From Blasia pusilla (taxonomy: Eukaryota): a stretch of 64,000 nt of DNA. The stretch is from positions 21,328,001 through 21,392,000 of the forward strand of contig CM114271.1 in the NCBI GenBank assembly GCA_050084515.1, in the 5' to 3' direction. The stretch's first letter is position 1, and every line of letters begins with the position of its first letter. Under the pieces are notes generated by a model. It ran no database searches. It saw only the letters and a program-made list of their open reading frames with translations, and was not told where the DNA came from. A program made the translations under genes and the position numbers. This document shows, in pieces, positions 14,101 to 25,981 of the stretch.

Positions 14101-15217
14101 ATGAGGACATCCATCGACAACACAGGTCTTGAGAGCAATGTTTCCTAACGAAATCCATCTAGAAAGAAGGATTTGTGAGGGATATATGAAAGACACCCAA
14201 GCAAGCGAGTACCTAAGGAAGTTGAAGAAGGGAGAGAAGGTGGCCAACATAAGTTTGAGGCATGGTTTGCTAAGGTTCAAGCAGAGCAGGATCTATGTGG
14301 ATGAAGGTAGATTGCAAACCAAGGTGTTAGTGGAATGTCACGACGGATCATGGTCAAAACATAAAGGGAAGAAATCCACGTTGGCTATTCTGGCTAAGAG
14401 GTTCTTCTGGCCCAACATGAAAGAGGATGTTGCTCAATATGTGAAGACTTGTGTGACATGTTAGGCAAACAGAGCTTCTTATGCAAAGAGCCAAGGCTTG
14501 TTGCACCCTTTGCCGATTCCGGAGAAACCCTTGTAGAGTGTGAGTATGGACTTCATAACTAGTCTTCCAGAGTCTGAGGGATACAACGCTATACTTGTGA
14601 TAGTTGATCGGTTCAGTTAGTTGGGGAGATTCCTAAGGTACGTGAAGCATGCTAACAAGAGTAGACGCCAAGTGAGATTCCAAGTTGGGGAACAAGTGTG
14701 GTTGAGTGTGAGGAATCTCACTCTTTCGAAGGAGTTATCCGCGAAGCTATTTGCCAAGTATGTTGGACCGTATGTGATTAAGGCAAACCCGTTTGAGGAC
14801 GTGTATACATTGGAGCGACGAGAAGAGTTCAAGATACATCCCACTTTCCATTGTCATTGTTGAAGAAGTATCTTCAGGATAATGAGCGTCCCGAGCGAAG
14901 ACATGCTTTGAGACCGCAGCCGATAATCGCGAGTGAAGAACCGGACTTCGAGGTGGAGACCATTTTGTGTTCGAGGCGTAGGGCCAATAAGTACGAGTAC
15001 TTGGTCAAGTGGTTGTGGCGACTGAACGGGGGTTTAACAGGCGTGTATTCAACTCCCTTTCGTGAGAGTATTTGCCGTTGCAAGGTTTAGCACACTTCAC
15101 TGTCAATTCCTCTGAAAGCTTCGAGTTCGTGCGTGACAATCATGCGTGAGAAATTTTGGTACTACCATGTGAAAGAGGCAACTTGGATTGCGGAGGCAGA
15201 CGTGGAACACGTGCACA
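11109..15217 (+). pseudogene. gag-pol of element A (fragmented)
   Basis: gag 'LVRLRQSGSLSAYVREF'; CCHC knuckle ~12084-12126; protease 'LLVDTSA'; RT '[18 protein letters not shown]...YPLLRIDDL'; RNase H 'HTDASD'; INT Zn-finger 'ECHD...RFFWPNM...YVKTCVTC'; INT core mostly deleted after 'VDRFS' (~14617); chromodomain 'FEVETIL...YLVKW / EATW'. Confidence 0.93.
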
Positions 15218-15890
15218 ATTGGAAAGCTTATGTGGAGCTGATTCCAACGCACCAAAGATCTTGGCAAACGCTGAAGCAAAGGCTGAGATATGGGCCAGTC
15301 GTTTTATGCATTGTAAGTACTATTGCCCCAATGAGTGCTACTAATAAAATTAGACTAGAAACCAAAAACAAGAAAAAAAATAGCTTGTATATAGTAACAA
15401 AACCGACTATTACTTTATACAAGCTATAAAGTAATAGATTGAGGGCCAAAAAGAGGGGCCCGGAACGGATCGGGAGTTTGGCGTTGGGATTCGAAACCCG
15501 AACCAAGTCCAATAGAATGGATTTCGGAGGTCCCTATTGGATTCAAATTCACGACTCGTATTTTTGAGTCTCGATTGAATTGGGAACTCATGCGAGGTCC
15601 GTTGGACTGTTGGGACTGTTAGGAGCGCAAACGGCCTTTTAGGTGCCTGGACTAACCTGAAAATCTGTCCCAAGTCTCGGAAGACTTACCCGTGTTGGGA
15701 ACCTAGGAAGAGGGAAGGTTGAGCTTGATGAGATGCCGAGTCGAGGACTCGGTGGGTTGGAAGGCCGCTTGACCCAAAGCCAGACTAATGTTGGCGCATT
15801 TGGGTGGAGGTTGGCGATGAGAGCGTGTCCTACTGAACGTACGACTCCAAAACACTAAGATTGGAATTCGAGGAGAGTAGGAGCACGACA
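15218..15890 (+). repeat. 3' LTR of element A, 5'-truncated (first ~330 bp and PPT lost), with an insertion
   Basis: Homology to the 5' LTR begins at 'attggaaa' (5' LTR position 10319). Ends 'cacgaca' followed by the TSD. Confidence 0.9.
15298..15397 (-). pseudogene. nad6: Mitochondrial nad6 fragment (NUMT) inserted in the LTR
   Basis: The minus strand encodes 'FFLFLVSSLILLVALIGAIVLTMHKT', the C-terminal transmembrane segment of plant mitochondrial Nad6. It is AT-rich and absent from the 5' LTR. Confidence 0.85.
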
Positions 15891-16641
15891 TCCATCTTCC
15901 TAATCAACTTTGTAATTTTGAGCTTAACAAATGTCTAGGTCACTAACTTCTTCCTTTTTGGAATTTCCTAAAAATTTACAAAGCCATTTAACAAGGCCTA
16001 GTCCTTTTTTCCAATGGTCCTCCCTAAGTTTTGTGCCAAGTTCACCAATTGTACGATGTGGCCTTCTCAAGCTCCCTTTGAAGAACATTGTCACATCTGA
16101 GTAGCCAATAGGCCGAGATCTATCGTGGATAGGGCATAGGAGCCAACAGACTGTCTTGAGTGTAACTTTGTCCCAAGGTGTCGGATAAGGTTCAGGATAG
16201 GTCCGTTGTGTCAGGAACGTCATTTTTGACAACTTTCTTGTTGAGGTCTTTCATAGCCGGGTGACTTGTTGAGGAGGTCACCCACCCCTGGAAACATGTG
16301 TGCAAAGGTTATCAAGAGGATAGCTATTTTTAGGGGAAGAGCCTTTTGGCTCTTCCCAACCCTATATAAGGGAGGAAGATGGCTTTCCCAAGCCATCTTT
16401 CTCATGTTGGGCTGTTGGAGTATCATTCTTGCTGGTGTGTGTGAGTTAGGACTAGGTGCTAGAGTCTGGATTCCTTGATAGCACAGGGATGGACAAGGCT
16501 TGATATGCCGATGTAGATTGAGGAGTGGAGTTTTAGGCCGGGTGTACCATTTTTACTACTATTTATTTTTACATGAGAAAGATGTTAGGGGGCTGGTGGA
16601 AATTTGTTGTTTGCAGGTAGGCAAGCGAGTTGCCTCGGTGG

Positions 16642-17644
16642 TGTCGCGACCCTCATGACCAAACAAGTGCCAAGCGGAACATCGGAACATTAGCGGGCTC
16701 ACGCTAAGATGGTTTGCGCGTTGGAGTTGTCTCAAAGAGGAGACAAGAGACGAGACGCGAGCGAGGAGTCGCATTTCAGGTGTTATGGTCGCGACTGAGA
16801 AACCTGGACCAAACGCGGAATGAGACTTGAAAGAAGTCGAGTCTAGGAAGTGGGTTGCCAAAGGAAAGATCCGGATTTGGAACGCCACTAGCGTTTGAGA
16901 GTTTCCGACTGTATTTATGGCCATAACTTTTAGCGCCGACATGCGTTTGGAGCAAACAAGGGTGCGTTGGAAAGCTTATGGAGAGCCGGTCCAAATGCAC
17001 CAAAGATCGCTGCAAACGCATAAGCAGCAGCCGAGATAAAACCCAAAAACGACTGTAAGTGGAGTCGGGTTGAGGGCCACAATGAAGGGCCCGACCCTCT
17101 TTTCCCAAAGGGGAGGGGTAATTGGAGAACCCCATAAGTACTAGTAAGGGGGAAGGTCTCCGAGAGTGCTTGGAACCCAAACCCCACTTTGGGCGCCGCA
17201 GGGCGGCTCAAGGGCATGGAACGGAACGCGAGTTTGGGGGTTGGGTTGGAAAACCTGCACCAAGTCCATTGAGGCGATTTTAGACATCCCTCTTGGATTC
17301 CACCCCGCGACTCAATTACTTGGGTCTCGGTTCGGACCTCACCCGAGGACCGTTGAACAGTTGGGATCGCTAGGTGCGCAAATGCCGTTTCAGATCCCTG
17401 GACTAACCAGGAAGTCTGTTCCAAGTCTTGAAGGACTTGCCATGTTTTGGAAGCTAGGAACTAAGGAAGGTTGAGCTTGATGAGACGCCGAGTTGAGGAC
17501 TCAGTGGGTTGGAACGCCGGTTGGCCCAAACCCGACTAACGAGAGTGCGTGTTTGGGTGCAGATCGGTGATGAGTTCATGACCTTCTGAATGCACGCTTC
17601 CGCAACACTAAAGATTGACGTTCAAGGAGAGTAGGGGCGCGACA
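16642..17644 (+). mobile_element. Solo LTR related to element A, nested in the leader of element B
   Basis: TG...CA ends; TSD GGTGG at 16637-16641 and 17645-17649; colinear with 9990-10940; no PBS or internal sequence. Confidence 0.93.
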
Positions 17645-18199
17645 GGTGGGGAGCCCCTAGATACGCAAGTTGGCATTTTTTTGTCGTTTTTTTGTTCAAA
17701 AGGTTGTGCACGGAAGCGCTGTCCATTTCTCTTCTCAGATCTTGATGGTGCGGGTGACAAGGGACAGCAACAGAGTGGGGGTCGGGGCAAGACCGCTCAC
17801 GTGCAACGCAGAGTGTTGAAGCGGTGTATGACCCGAGAGTATGAGTAGTTTAGGTGAGTTAGTTGGGAGGCTCATGGTGAGCCCGAGTGTTGAGTGTGTG
17901 TGAAGACGGGTGTGTCGTCACGGGATTATCATTAGTGTAGGTGAGCTAGTGAAAAGTGTGGAAGACTCTTGGTGAGTCTGAGTGCTTGAGCGGGTGAGAC
18001 AAGGTTGTCATCACCGCGTTCTTCTCGGGTTTGGAAGAATGGGGTAATGTGAGCAGTAGTAGTGGTGTGACATGGAGTGGAGTGAGATACCGAGGGGTTA
18101 CGAGTGAGGAGCTACTTGAACTTCCATCCGTGGCTGGATCGTCATCACTGGACAACGGGTCTGGTGACGAGATCGCAGACGGAGATAGTGTCACTTGGT

Positions 18200-19450
18200 A
18201 GGAGATGGACGATATGGGCCACCAGAGCATACGTCATTTCTCGGGTGTAGTGGGCACCATCGACTTAGATGACTTCATCTAGGAGTTTGACACGTGGTAT
18301 GATTTCCTAGAGATACGGATCCCAACACGGTTCAACCCTTTCATGGCATGGAAGGGGTTGTTCCAACACTTGGAGGGTCCTCCGATGGATGATTACATGG
18401 ATCGCTATGTTTAGTATAGATTGATACCTGGAGGATGTATGGGGCTCCATGGTATGTGTCCACTAGTGATCGCTAGGCGTAAGATGGGATCGTGAGAGGA
18501 GAGAGACCCACACCATCAGCCCGGAGACTAGATGGAGAGGAGGGCAATGAAACAGGCGATGTGGCAAAGACCTTTGGTGGTAGAGGGCCACCCAGCTTTA
18601 GTCCCATATTGGAGTTCTTCCAAGAGTTAGGGAAGAGCTATCAAGGCGTATGCACGGACAAGCTGAAGAGTCTACACAATTTTCAGCGACGATTGGGTGA
18701 GAGTCTGAGAGAGGCGTTCACGCGCATGAGGAGACTGATCATTGCTACTTATGGAGTGATTGAGGCGCAATCATTCCAGTATTGGTACGGGGTTCTGGAT
18801 CGAGAACTACGGAGGAGAGTTCGAGATGCGGTGCTTATTTACACAGCAAAGCCCACATTGAAGGTGGTCTTCGAGTTGTCTGAGTGTATTGAGCTTAACA
18901 TGAGTGAGGAGCAGGTAGTGACCAGTGGATTTTTTCAAGCGTCGATGGGTCCACGAGTGACGATAAATCCACAAGAGCCACAACGAGCATTAGTACCACG
19001 AGAGCAAGCCAGTGTGCCCAGAGAGCAGGGCGAGTAGGGTGAGCCTATGAGGCAACGACCCGTGCCTACATATGTTGCCAAGCAGGGACCGATGTTGTCT
19101 TGTTGGACGTGTGGAGGGGCCCATAGGCAAAGAGACTTCCCACAGCATGGGAGAGGACCATGAGTGCCTCCGATTGCTCAGGAGCCAGAGAGGATGGCCC
19201 CACCACAATACCAATGTGACTATTGCCACAGATATGGTCCCACTAGGGATAGATGTTTTGACCTTTGTCAAGAGGCACATCCAGAGGTAGGCCGAGGGCC
19301 TGGGGGGTCGTCCTGGAGGAGGTCGAGGAGTTGTTGTTGGATGTGGTGGTAGAGGACTACTACTTGCCATAGGAGATGGAGCGGGAGCACCAGAGACGGT
19401 GCTTCTCTCACGCATCAATCATTTGGAGCAGAGGATTGCTACCATGATGA
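18200..19450 (+). pseudogene. gag of element B
   Basis: 'WKGLFQHLEGPPMDDY'; Retrotrans_gag-like 'LHNFQRRLGESLREAFTRMRRL'; two degenerate Zn knuckles 'CWTCGGAH' and 'CDYCHRYGPTRDRC'. Confidence 0.75.
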
Positions 19451-19995
19451 TGATGCAACTTAGGGAAGGCACGGAGCCGAGAGTAGCTAGTATGGCTCTA
19501 GCTTCCACCTCCTACCCTGACCCAGGTGAGGATCTCGCTAGCTAGTATGGGATTTATGTGTAGTGCAGCTCAGGTTGAGGTTGTTGCGGTGGTGACTCGG
19601 AGTGCTGCGAGAGGCTCTGAGCCCTCGAGAGGTGGAGTTCAGATTGACCCCCGGGAGGGGACCGATGGGCGGTAGGCCAGGGTTCCATAGTTGTTCACGT
19701 TGTTAAAGGCACTTCACACACTATCGATGGTGCCTTGACGACAAGTGGTGCCTACAGGTCAGGCAGGTGCATGGATGTCACGACGAGTTGGAGTAGCAGC
19801 TCCTATGCAAACTCGAGTGGAGTCAGTGTTGGAGGTGGCCACCAAGGTGACCCAGGATCCGTTATTTTCGGCCATAGAGTTGGCGACGTTGGGAGTTGGA
19901 TCAATTGACGTGTTCCAGCTGAGGTATTCTAGATGGTCGCCACGTTGTGTGAGTGTGGAGAGGTGACTGCCTCTCATTTCTAGGTAGTTTAGGAG

Positions 19996-21880
19996 GTGAT
20001 GGACTTGCCCTCGGTGCAGATACTTGGGACGTCCTCCATCAAGACATGGCATGCAGCGGCGACAAAGTTGGTAGATATGCCAGCTCGACCGGCCATAGAG
20101 CGGACCATGGTGACACTAGGTGTGGTGTTATTGAATAACCGAGCTGGAGTATTTTGCTTGGTTAGTCCAACATGGACAGTGTACCACCCGCAACGCGTCC
20201 TACTTGATTCGGGAGCACAACCCTTGATGTTAGGGAAGACGGCGTGTTTAGCGTTAGGGTTACAGAAGGCCGGCATTGAGCCTTGTCCCTTCCAAATCCA
20301 GACCTCGATTGGGGGCGTGTCATCCATGCAGTATATGACTCAACAGGAGATAGCTATCAGAGTCCAGCCAGAGCATGCAACATATAGCGCTATGTTGCAC
20401 ACACGTGCGATTACGACACCAGCTGAGTTGTATGATGTGTTGGTGGGGAGTACAGTGCTATATCCCCTAAGATTCATCCTTGACTTCTGGGAGGAGACCG
20501 TTGGTTATCGGCCACGATGGAGGTCAAGTGACAGGAAAATGAGTCAGTTATCCATGCAATTTGCGGGACGAGGTGGTCGACCACAAGATGAGTTTGTAAC
20601 CACGTTGGCAGCTTTCACAGCTAGTGTTAGCTGGCCAGGAGAGATGTTGGAGGGGAACGCACATGCAGAGGATGTCCCAGTAGCGGATAGTCCCACGAAG
20701 AGACAAGCCATGGCGGGTGTCTCTTGCCATGTTGGCGAGACCTTTTTACCATTATGGTTTACGACTCGAGAGTTACAGAGGAGTGTCGACGACCTTATGA
20801 GGCAGGCGTGGAGTCATGCCTTTATCCCGGAGCAGCAAGAGTCAGGTGGCGATCGGGCTCCTAGAATGGAGACGTTTACACCACTGGATACCACACCCAT
20901 TGTGTGGCAGTGTCCACAGGAGGGTGTTAGGGTATTAGATCTCTTTGGAGGGATTAGCACCGGATTAGCTACGGTGTTGCAGGCCGGCATACGGGTGCAT
21001 CAGTACTTTGATATGGAGAGAGATGAGACCGCACGGCAAGTATCATTACGTCACGTGGGGAGATTGGTCCACAGGTATCCTGAGTTGTTGCCGGTATCTG
21101 TAGAACGGGGGTATCAGCATACACTACCCGCCGACATCTCTTTGGTGGGGGCGCAGGATTTGGATAGAGTTAGCACCATTCATTTGATGATTGTTGGAGG
21201 GCCATATCAGGGTCATTCATCAGCTGGCCGAGGGTTTGGATTGCAAGATCCGAGGTCAGGGATGTTTTGGGAGATGTTACAAGTAGTGCGACACTTGCAG
21301 GAGCATCAGATATGTTCTCCGGCGTACATTTTGGAGAACGTGCCATTGTTGGGAGATACTTGTGCCCGTGTGATGATGAGTATGCATCAGGTGAGGTCCT
21401 CGTTAGGACCAGCTATGTTGTTAGATGCAGCGAGAGTTGGATCACGCGCCCACCGTCCACGGTTGTGGTGGATGAACCTGATACCATCAGAGGTATTGAG
21501 TTGAGCATACGATAGAGTTCATTGAGCACCACATCTCACAGTGGATGCTATTTTGGGCTTAGGGCATTGATTTCAGGTGGTGACGTGGGATGATAGACCA
21601 TCGTTAGCGATAGCCAATAGGGTGGGGGAGTTGAGGGCAACCTTACCTATATTGGTGAGCTTCCCAGCATCCCATGCCTTTCGTCAAGGAGGGCCACGCA
21701 TGATTTGGGATGAGGTGACCCGAGCATTGGAGGAGCCTATGGCAGATGAGCGCGAGTGCACCATGGATTTGCTACGGGTACTACGGCGGTGCCAGGTATG
21801 ACTAAGGCATCACGGAGACATGTGTTGGGGCAAGCAATGGATCTCAACTGTCTCACATGGATAGTCAGTCTAGGTATGGC
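19996..21880 (+). pseudogene. Aspartic protease fused in frame to a DNMT3-like C5 cytosine methyltransferase domain
   Basis: The 502-aa ORF (19996-21504) has the protease motif 'VLLDSGA', then MTase motif I 'VRVLDLFGGISTG', IV 'IVGGPYQG' (PC>PY), VI 'YILENV' and VIII 'AHRPRLWW.N'. After stops and a frameshift come IX/X-like 'ERECTM...RRHVLGQAM' (~21750-21850). Confidence 0.88.
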
Positions 21881-22239
21881 TGCGTAGAGATGGATGTGAG
21901 TGCCATCCATGCCGTCATGTCCACGAGTTGGAGCATTGCCTATAAGGTGTGTACATGCATTGGCTGGGGGCGAGATGAGGAGAGATAGGCACCCATGGAC
22001 TTCCTGGGATGTCATCCAAGCGGAGAGTGCGAAGGCGGCTAGAGCAGCACATGTTCATTTTTTCAGAAGTAGAGCATGGTGTAGGAGGTCAGAGTAGAGT
22101 GACTCTTGCAGAGGTGGCAAGGGTTGCTACATAGCAACTAAAGCCGGAGGTTGCGTCCTCTCCGAGTGAGGTCACGATGGAGACTTGGGAGCCAGTGATA
22201 TGTCTCAAGTTGATAGAAGGAGAGCGACGACGGGTTCAT

Positions 22240-24100
22240 AGGTTTCTGAGATGGCATGTCAGTTGTTTTGCCTTCAGTATGAGAGACTTGGGTACGCTGA
22301 AGGGTCGCAGGATACGGATTGAGTTGGCTAGTGATACGCCGATCTTTCGTTGATCCTACAGGTATTCCGATATGGAGCGAGCCTTGATTCAGAGTAGGAG
22401 TCAACACTTGTTGGAGGCAGGACTTGTGGAGTTATTGCATGGGGAGTATGCATCTGCCACAGTCATACCGGCGAAGAAGGATATGTATGGCAATTGAATG
22501 GAAGGCGGATGTGCAGGGATTACCAACCTATCAATCGATAGACAAAGTCGGGTCAATATGCCATGCCTACTCCTGAGGCGATCTTTGATGTGGTAGGACA
22601 TGCAAATATTTTCAATACTTTAGATCTCCGTGTTGGCTATCATCAACTCCCTATCAGGTGGGAGGACAGGGAGAAGACAGCATTCTGGGGGATAGATCGG
22701 TTCGGGAGAGATTGTTTGTATCAGTGGCGGTTCTTACCATTTGGGTTGAAGAACGCGTCTGCGGAGTTTCAGAGAGTGATGGATAGGATTCTTGCTGGCT
22801 TGGATTTTGCGCAGTATTACATAGATGATATTCTTATCTTCAATTCCACGGTTGAGGAGCATGAGCGACACCTAGAGGAGGTATTTCGGCGATTGCACTT
22901 ACATGGATTGAAGTTACATCTAGGCAAGTGCAGATTCTTTCAAGAGCAGATTGAGTACTTGGGACATACCATATACCCCAGTGGGTTAGGTGTTTAGCAG
23001 ACAAAGGTGGAGGCTATTGTGTAGATTCCACGCCCTACAGATGTGAGTCGGGTCCGAGCATTTCTGGGACTGCCGAACTTCTATCGATGGTATGTCAAGG
23101 GTTTTAGTGCAATCGCAAAGTCTTCGACCTTGCTGACAAGACTTGATCAGGTTTGTTGTGGGGAAATGATCAGGAAAGATCATTTCAGGAGCTCAAGGAT
23201 AGGTTGACTTCCTCACCCATTTTACAGAGACCGATTAGGGGTCACCCATTCCAATTACATACGGATTGGAGCATGTTGGATCTAGAAGCGGTGCTTACTC
23301 AGAGGGATGATGAGGAGAGGGAGTTTGTTGTGGTTTACGCGAGCCGATCGGACAATATTGCAGAGGCAAAGTACAACTCTAACGAGGGAGAGTGCTTGGC
23401 TGTAGTGTGGATCGTGGCACATTTCAGGTGCTATCTATTCGGCAACCCTTTCACACTTATCACTGATCAACAGCCGTTGAGATGGTTGATGGAGTCCGAC
23501 AAGCTTAGAGGAAAGCTTGCCATGTGGGCTCTATTACTATAGGAGTATGAGTATGAGTTTGAGGTGGTTTACAGGCTAGGTCGGCTGAACCATAATGCGG
23601 ATGGGTTGAGTCGTAACCCATGTCCGAGTCACAGAGACAACATAGGAGCTCGATAGCACGGAGAGAGTGATGAGGAAATTGTACTGGTTGGCATGCATCT
23701 GCCTATCTGTGTTGGTTGACTATGGTAGGTCAGCCACAAGTGGTGACTCTAGTGGCGGGGTTGGATGATGAGTCTTTGGATCCGAAGGTCATTGAGGAGA
23801 CGACAGGTGGTCGTGATATCCATAAGGATGTGGAGGTTGTTGAGTTCTTGCGTAGTGGCGTCATAGTGAGCACAATGAGTGCTAGGGAGCGGGATTGGAT
23901 CCTACAGAGAGCCAAGAGGTTTAGGTGGGAGGGGACTCACATTTTGCGGGTATAAGAAAATGGTAGGATACGAGTGGTATCCCATCCTTCCCAGCAAGCA
24001 CGTGTAGTGCGACATGCCCATGAGGAGTTGGGGCATTTTGGAGTAAAGCGTACTTATAGCTTACTCCATGTTCAATATTGGTGGCGCGGCATGCATAATG
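22240..24100 (+). pseudogene. RT - RNase H - integrase Zn-finger of element B
   Basis: 'LDLRVGYHQLPI...KTAF...FLPFGLKNA...YYIDDILIF' (RT), 'FQLHTDWS...YASRS...ECLAVVW' (RH), 'HAHEELGHFGVKRT...YWWRGM' (INT H2C2). Confidence 0.93.
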
Positions 24101-25981
24101 CACTAGAAGGAATATGGCAAATTTAGCACTAAGTCACTTACAACTAAAGTCCAATAAAAAAAATACAACTACATGTAACTAAAAAGTCATAGATGGCAAA
24201 TTTTAGTATTAATTAGTTACTAAGAATGACTAGAGAATATGACATGGAATTTTCTTTCTATATTTTTAAAATATTTTTAAAAATAATTACTATAAAGTAA
24301 TGACATGGCATTATAAATGACTAGATTAGTGCATAAAGGACGTGGACATGGCTTGTAGTTGCTTAAAATTGAAGTCCAATACAACTACATGTAACTAGAG
24401 AGGCCTAGGTGGCATACTTTAGTATTAATTACTTACTAAAAATGACTAGAGGATGTGATATGGAAATTTATTATCTAATTAAAATTTTTAATATAATTAC
24501 TATAAATTAATGGCATGTCATTAGAAAAGACTATATTACTCCAAAAAGGACTAAGACAAGGCATTTCTTATGAATTAATTAAAATTAAAATTTAATTCAT
24601 AACATGACATGTAAAAATAAGACTAGATTAGAATTGGTAGAATTAAAAAAACTTCCCTCCAATTTTTAATATAGTTGGTACATTAAAATTATTGCCAAGT
24701 TGGCAAATAAGATCCTAATAAAATGAAGCCACATCAGTTTGTTTAGACCCTCTTTTGAGTTTTGAGACGCTAAGTACTTTCCCGCACTCCTAGTACTTTC
24801 CCACACTCTTAGAGCTCGCGTCCCGCGGCCGTGCATATGCCTTAGGTTGAAAGTTTGAGAAAGCTCTAGGTTGGAAGTTTGAGAACTCGAGATCATAGCA
24901 TTGATCCTCAATCTGTATCTGTTTTCTGAAGAGTGTGGATTCATCCGTGGACAAGTAGGGATGAGCACGAAGAAAGGGCAAACAAAGCATTTGTGACTCG
25001 GGCTAGGAAGAGGACAAGGAAGAAATATTTGCCGCATCTGTGACTCACGCTAGAAAGATCGCATTAGAGCTTTTGAATGGGTGGGACGAAGGGCCTTTAG
25101 CTGCCAATGCCAACAAGGTAAACTATTAAATTTTAATTCTCACCTAGAATATCTATGATTTGTTAGGGAGGTTATGGCAATATATGGCCTTAACTAAACC
25201 CAGCTACACACATCTGTTAATCAAGGGAAAAAAAACAGAAATTCGAAGAGCATCTGAGAGGAGATAGAGTTAGAGAAGATTGACCAGATAGAAGCAAGAT
25301 TTAAGCAAATTGAAGAGGAAACGGCCCAATACTACATCTAATGTGCAATTGATGATACGGAGGAGTATGAATTGAGCCATGAACTCCATAAATTTACAGA
25401 TTCTTGTTGAAACGCACTCTATCACCATAAATGCACCCTATCACCAGGCTAGGAAGGAGGAAGAGTGGTATACGTGGAGGAAGAACATGAAGGAGTGGTC
25501 ACCGGATTGGTGAGGTAATATATGTCATGATGTTTTTTAGTATAAAGGGCGAGCAAGATTGATAGCTAGTGAGAGTGTCTTCCCATTGCTCTGTTATTCT
25601 CTATGATTCTCTCTTGTTTAATCATGTTCAATATATGACTTGTATAATTTTTTGTATCCAAGACGTATGAGGTAAGAGTAGAGGGCCCTTCTCTTCAAGC
25701 GAGCCTCTCAGCCTAATCAACCTATATTATAAATGATGTTCCACATTCTACTTATAAGATGGTATTTGGATCCATTATGCAGGTGATAGCAACAATCTTT
25801 AAATGGGGGAGGCAAGGAGAATCAGGGAGTTTATTTGTGATTTGACTAGTAAGTACCTATAGAGAAGAAAAACCTCCATCTTAATAAGTTATTTTGGTTG
25901 ATATCTTCTTAGACTATTGATAGAACATGGATATGACGTGAACTCCTATCACCCGTTAGAACACATAATTAATAGAAGTGA

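Larger units (their letters stand above)
9990..15890 (+). mobile_element. Ty3/Gypsy LTR retrotransposon with chromodomain (chromovirus), decayed (element A)
   Basis: TG...CA termini; 5-bp TSD TCCAT at 9985-9989 and 15891-15895; two homologous LTRs; PBS; domain order gag-PR-RT-RH-INT-chromo. Confidence 0.95.
16050..24100 (+). mobile_element. Ty3/Gypsy LTR retrotransposon carrying a C5 DNA methyltransferase domain (element B), cut at its 3' end by a CACTA insertion
   Basis: LTR-like region ~16050-16560 (TATATAA ~16363; homologous to 55100-55400), then gag, PR, DNMT, RT, RH and INT Zn-finger on the same strand. It stops abruptly at CACTAG (24101). The 5' boundary is approximate. Confidence 0.88.

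Noticed and set aside
20923-21880. Bacterial restriction-modification MTase, or a host DNMT3/DRM gene
   Set aside because: It is in frame with a retroviral-type protease, intronless, followed by RT, and present in a second element copy; no endonuclease or host N-terminal domains are visible.
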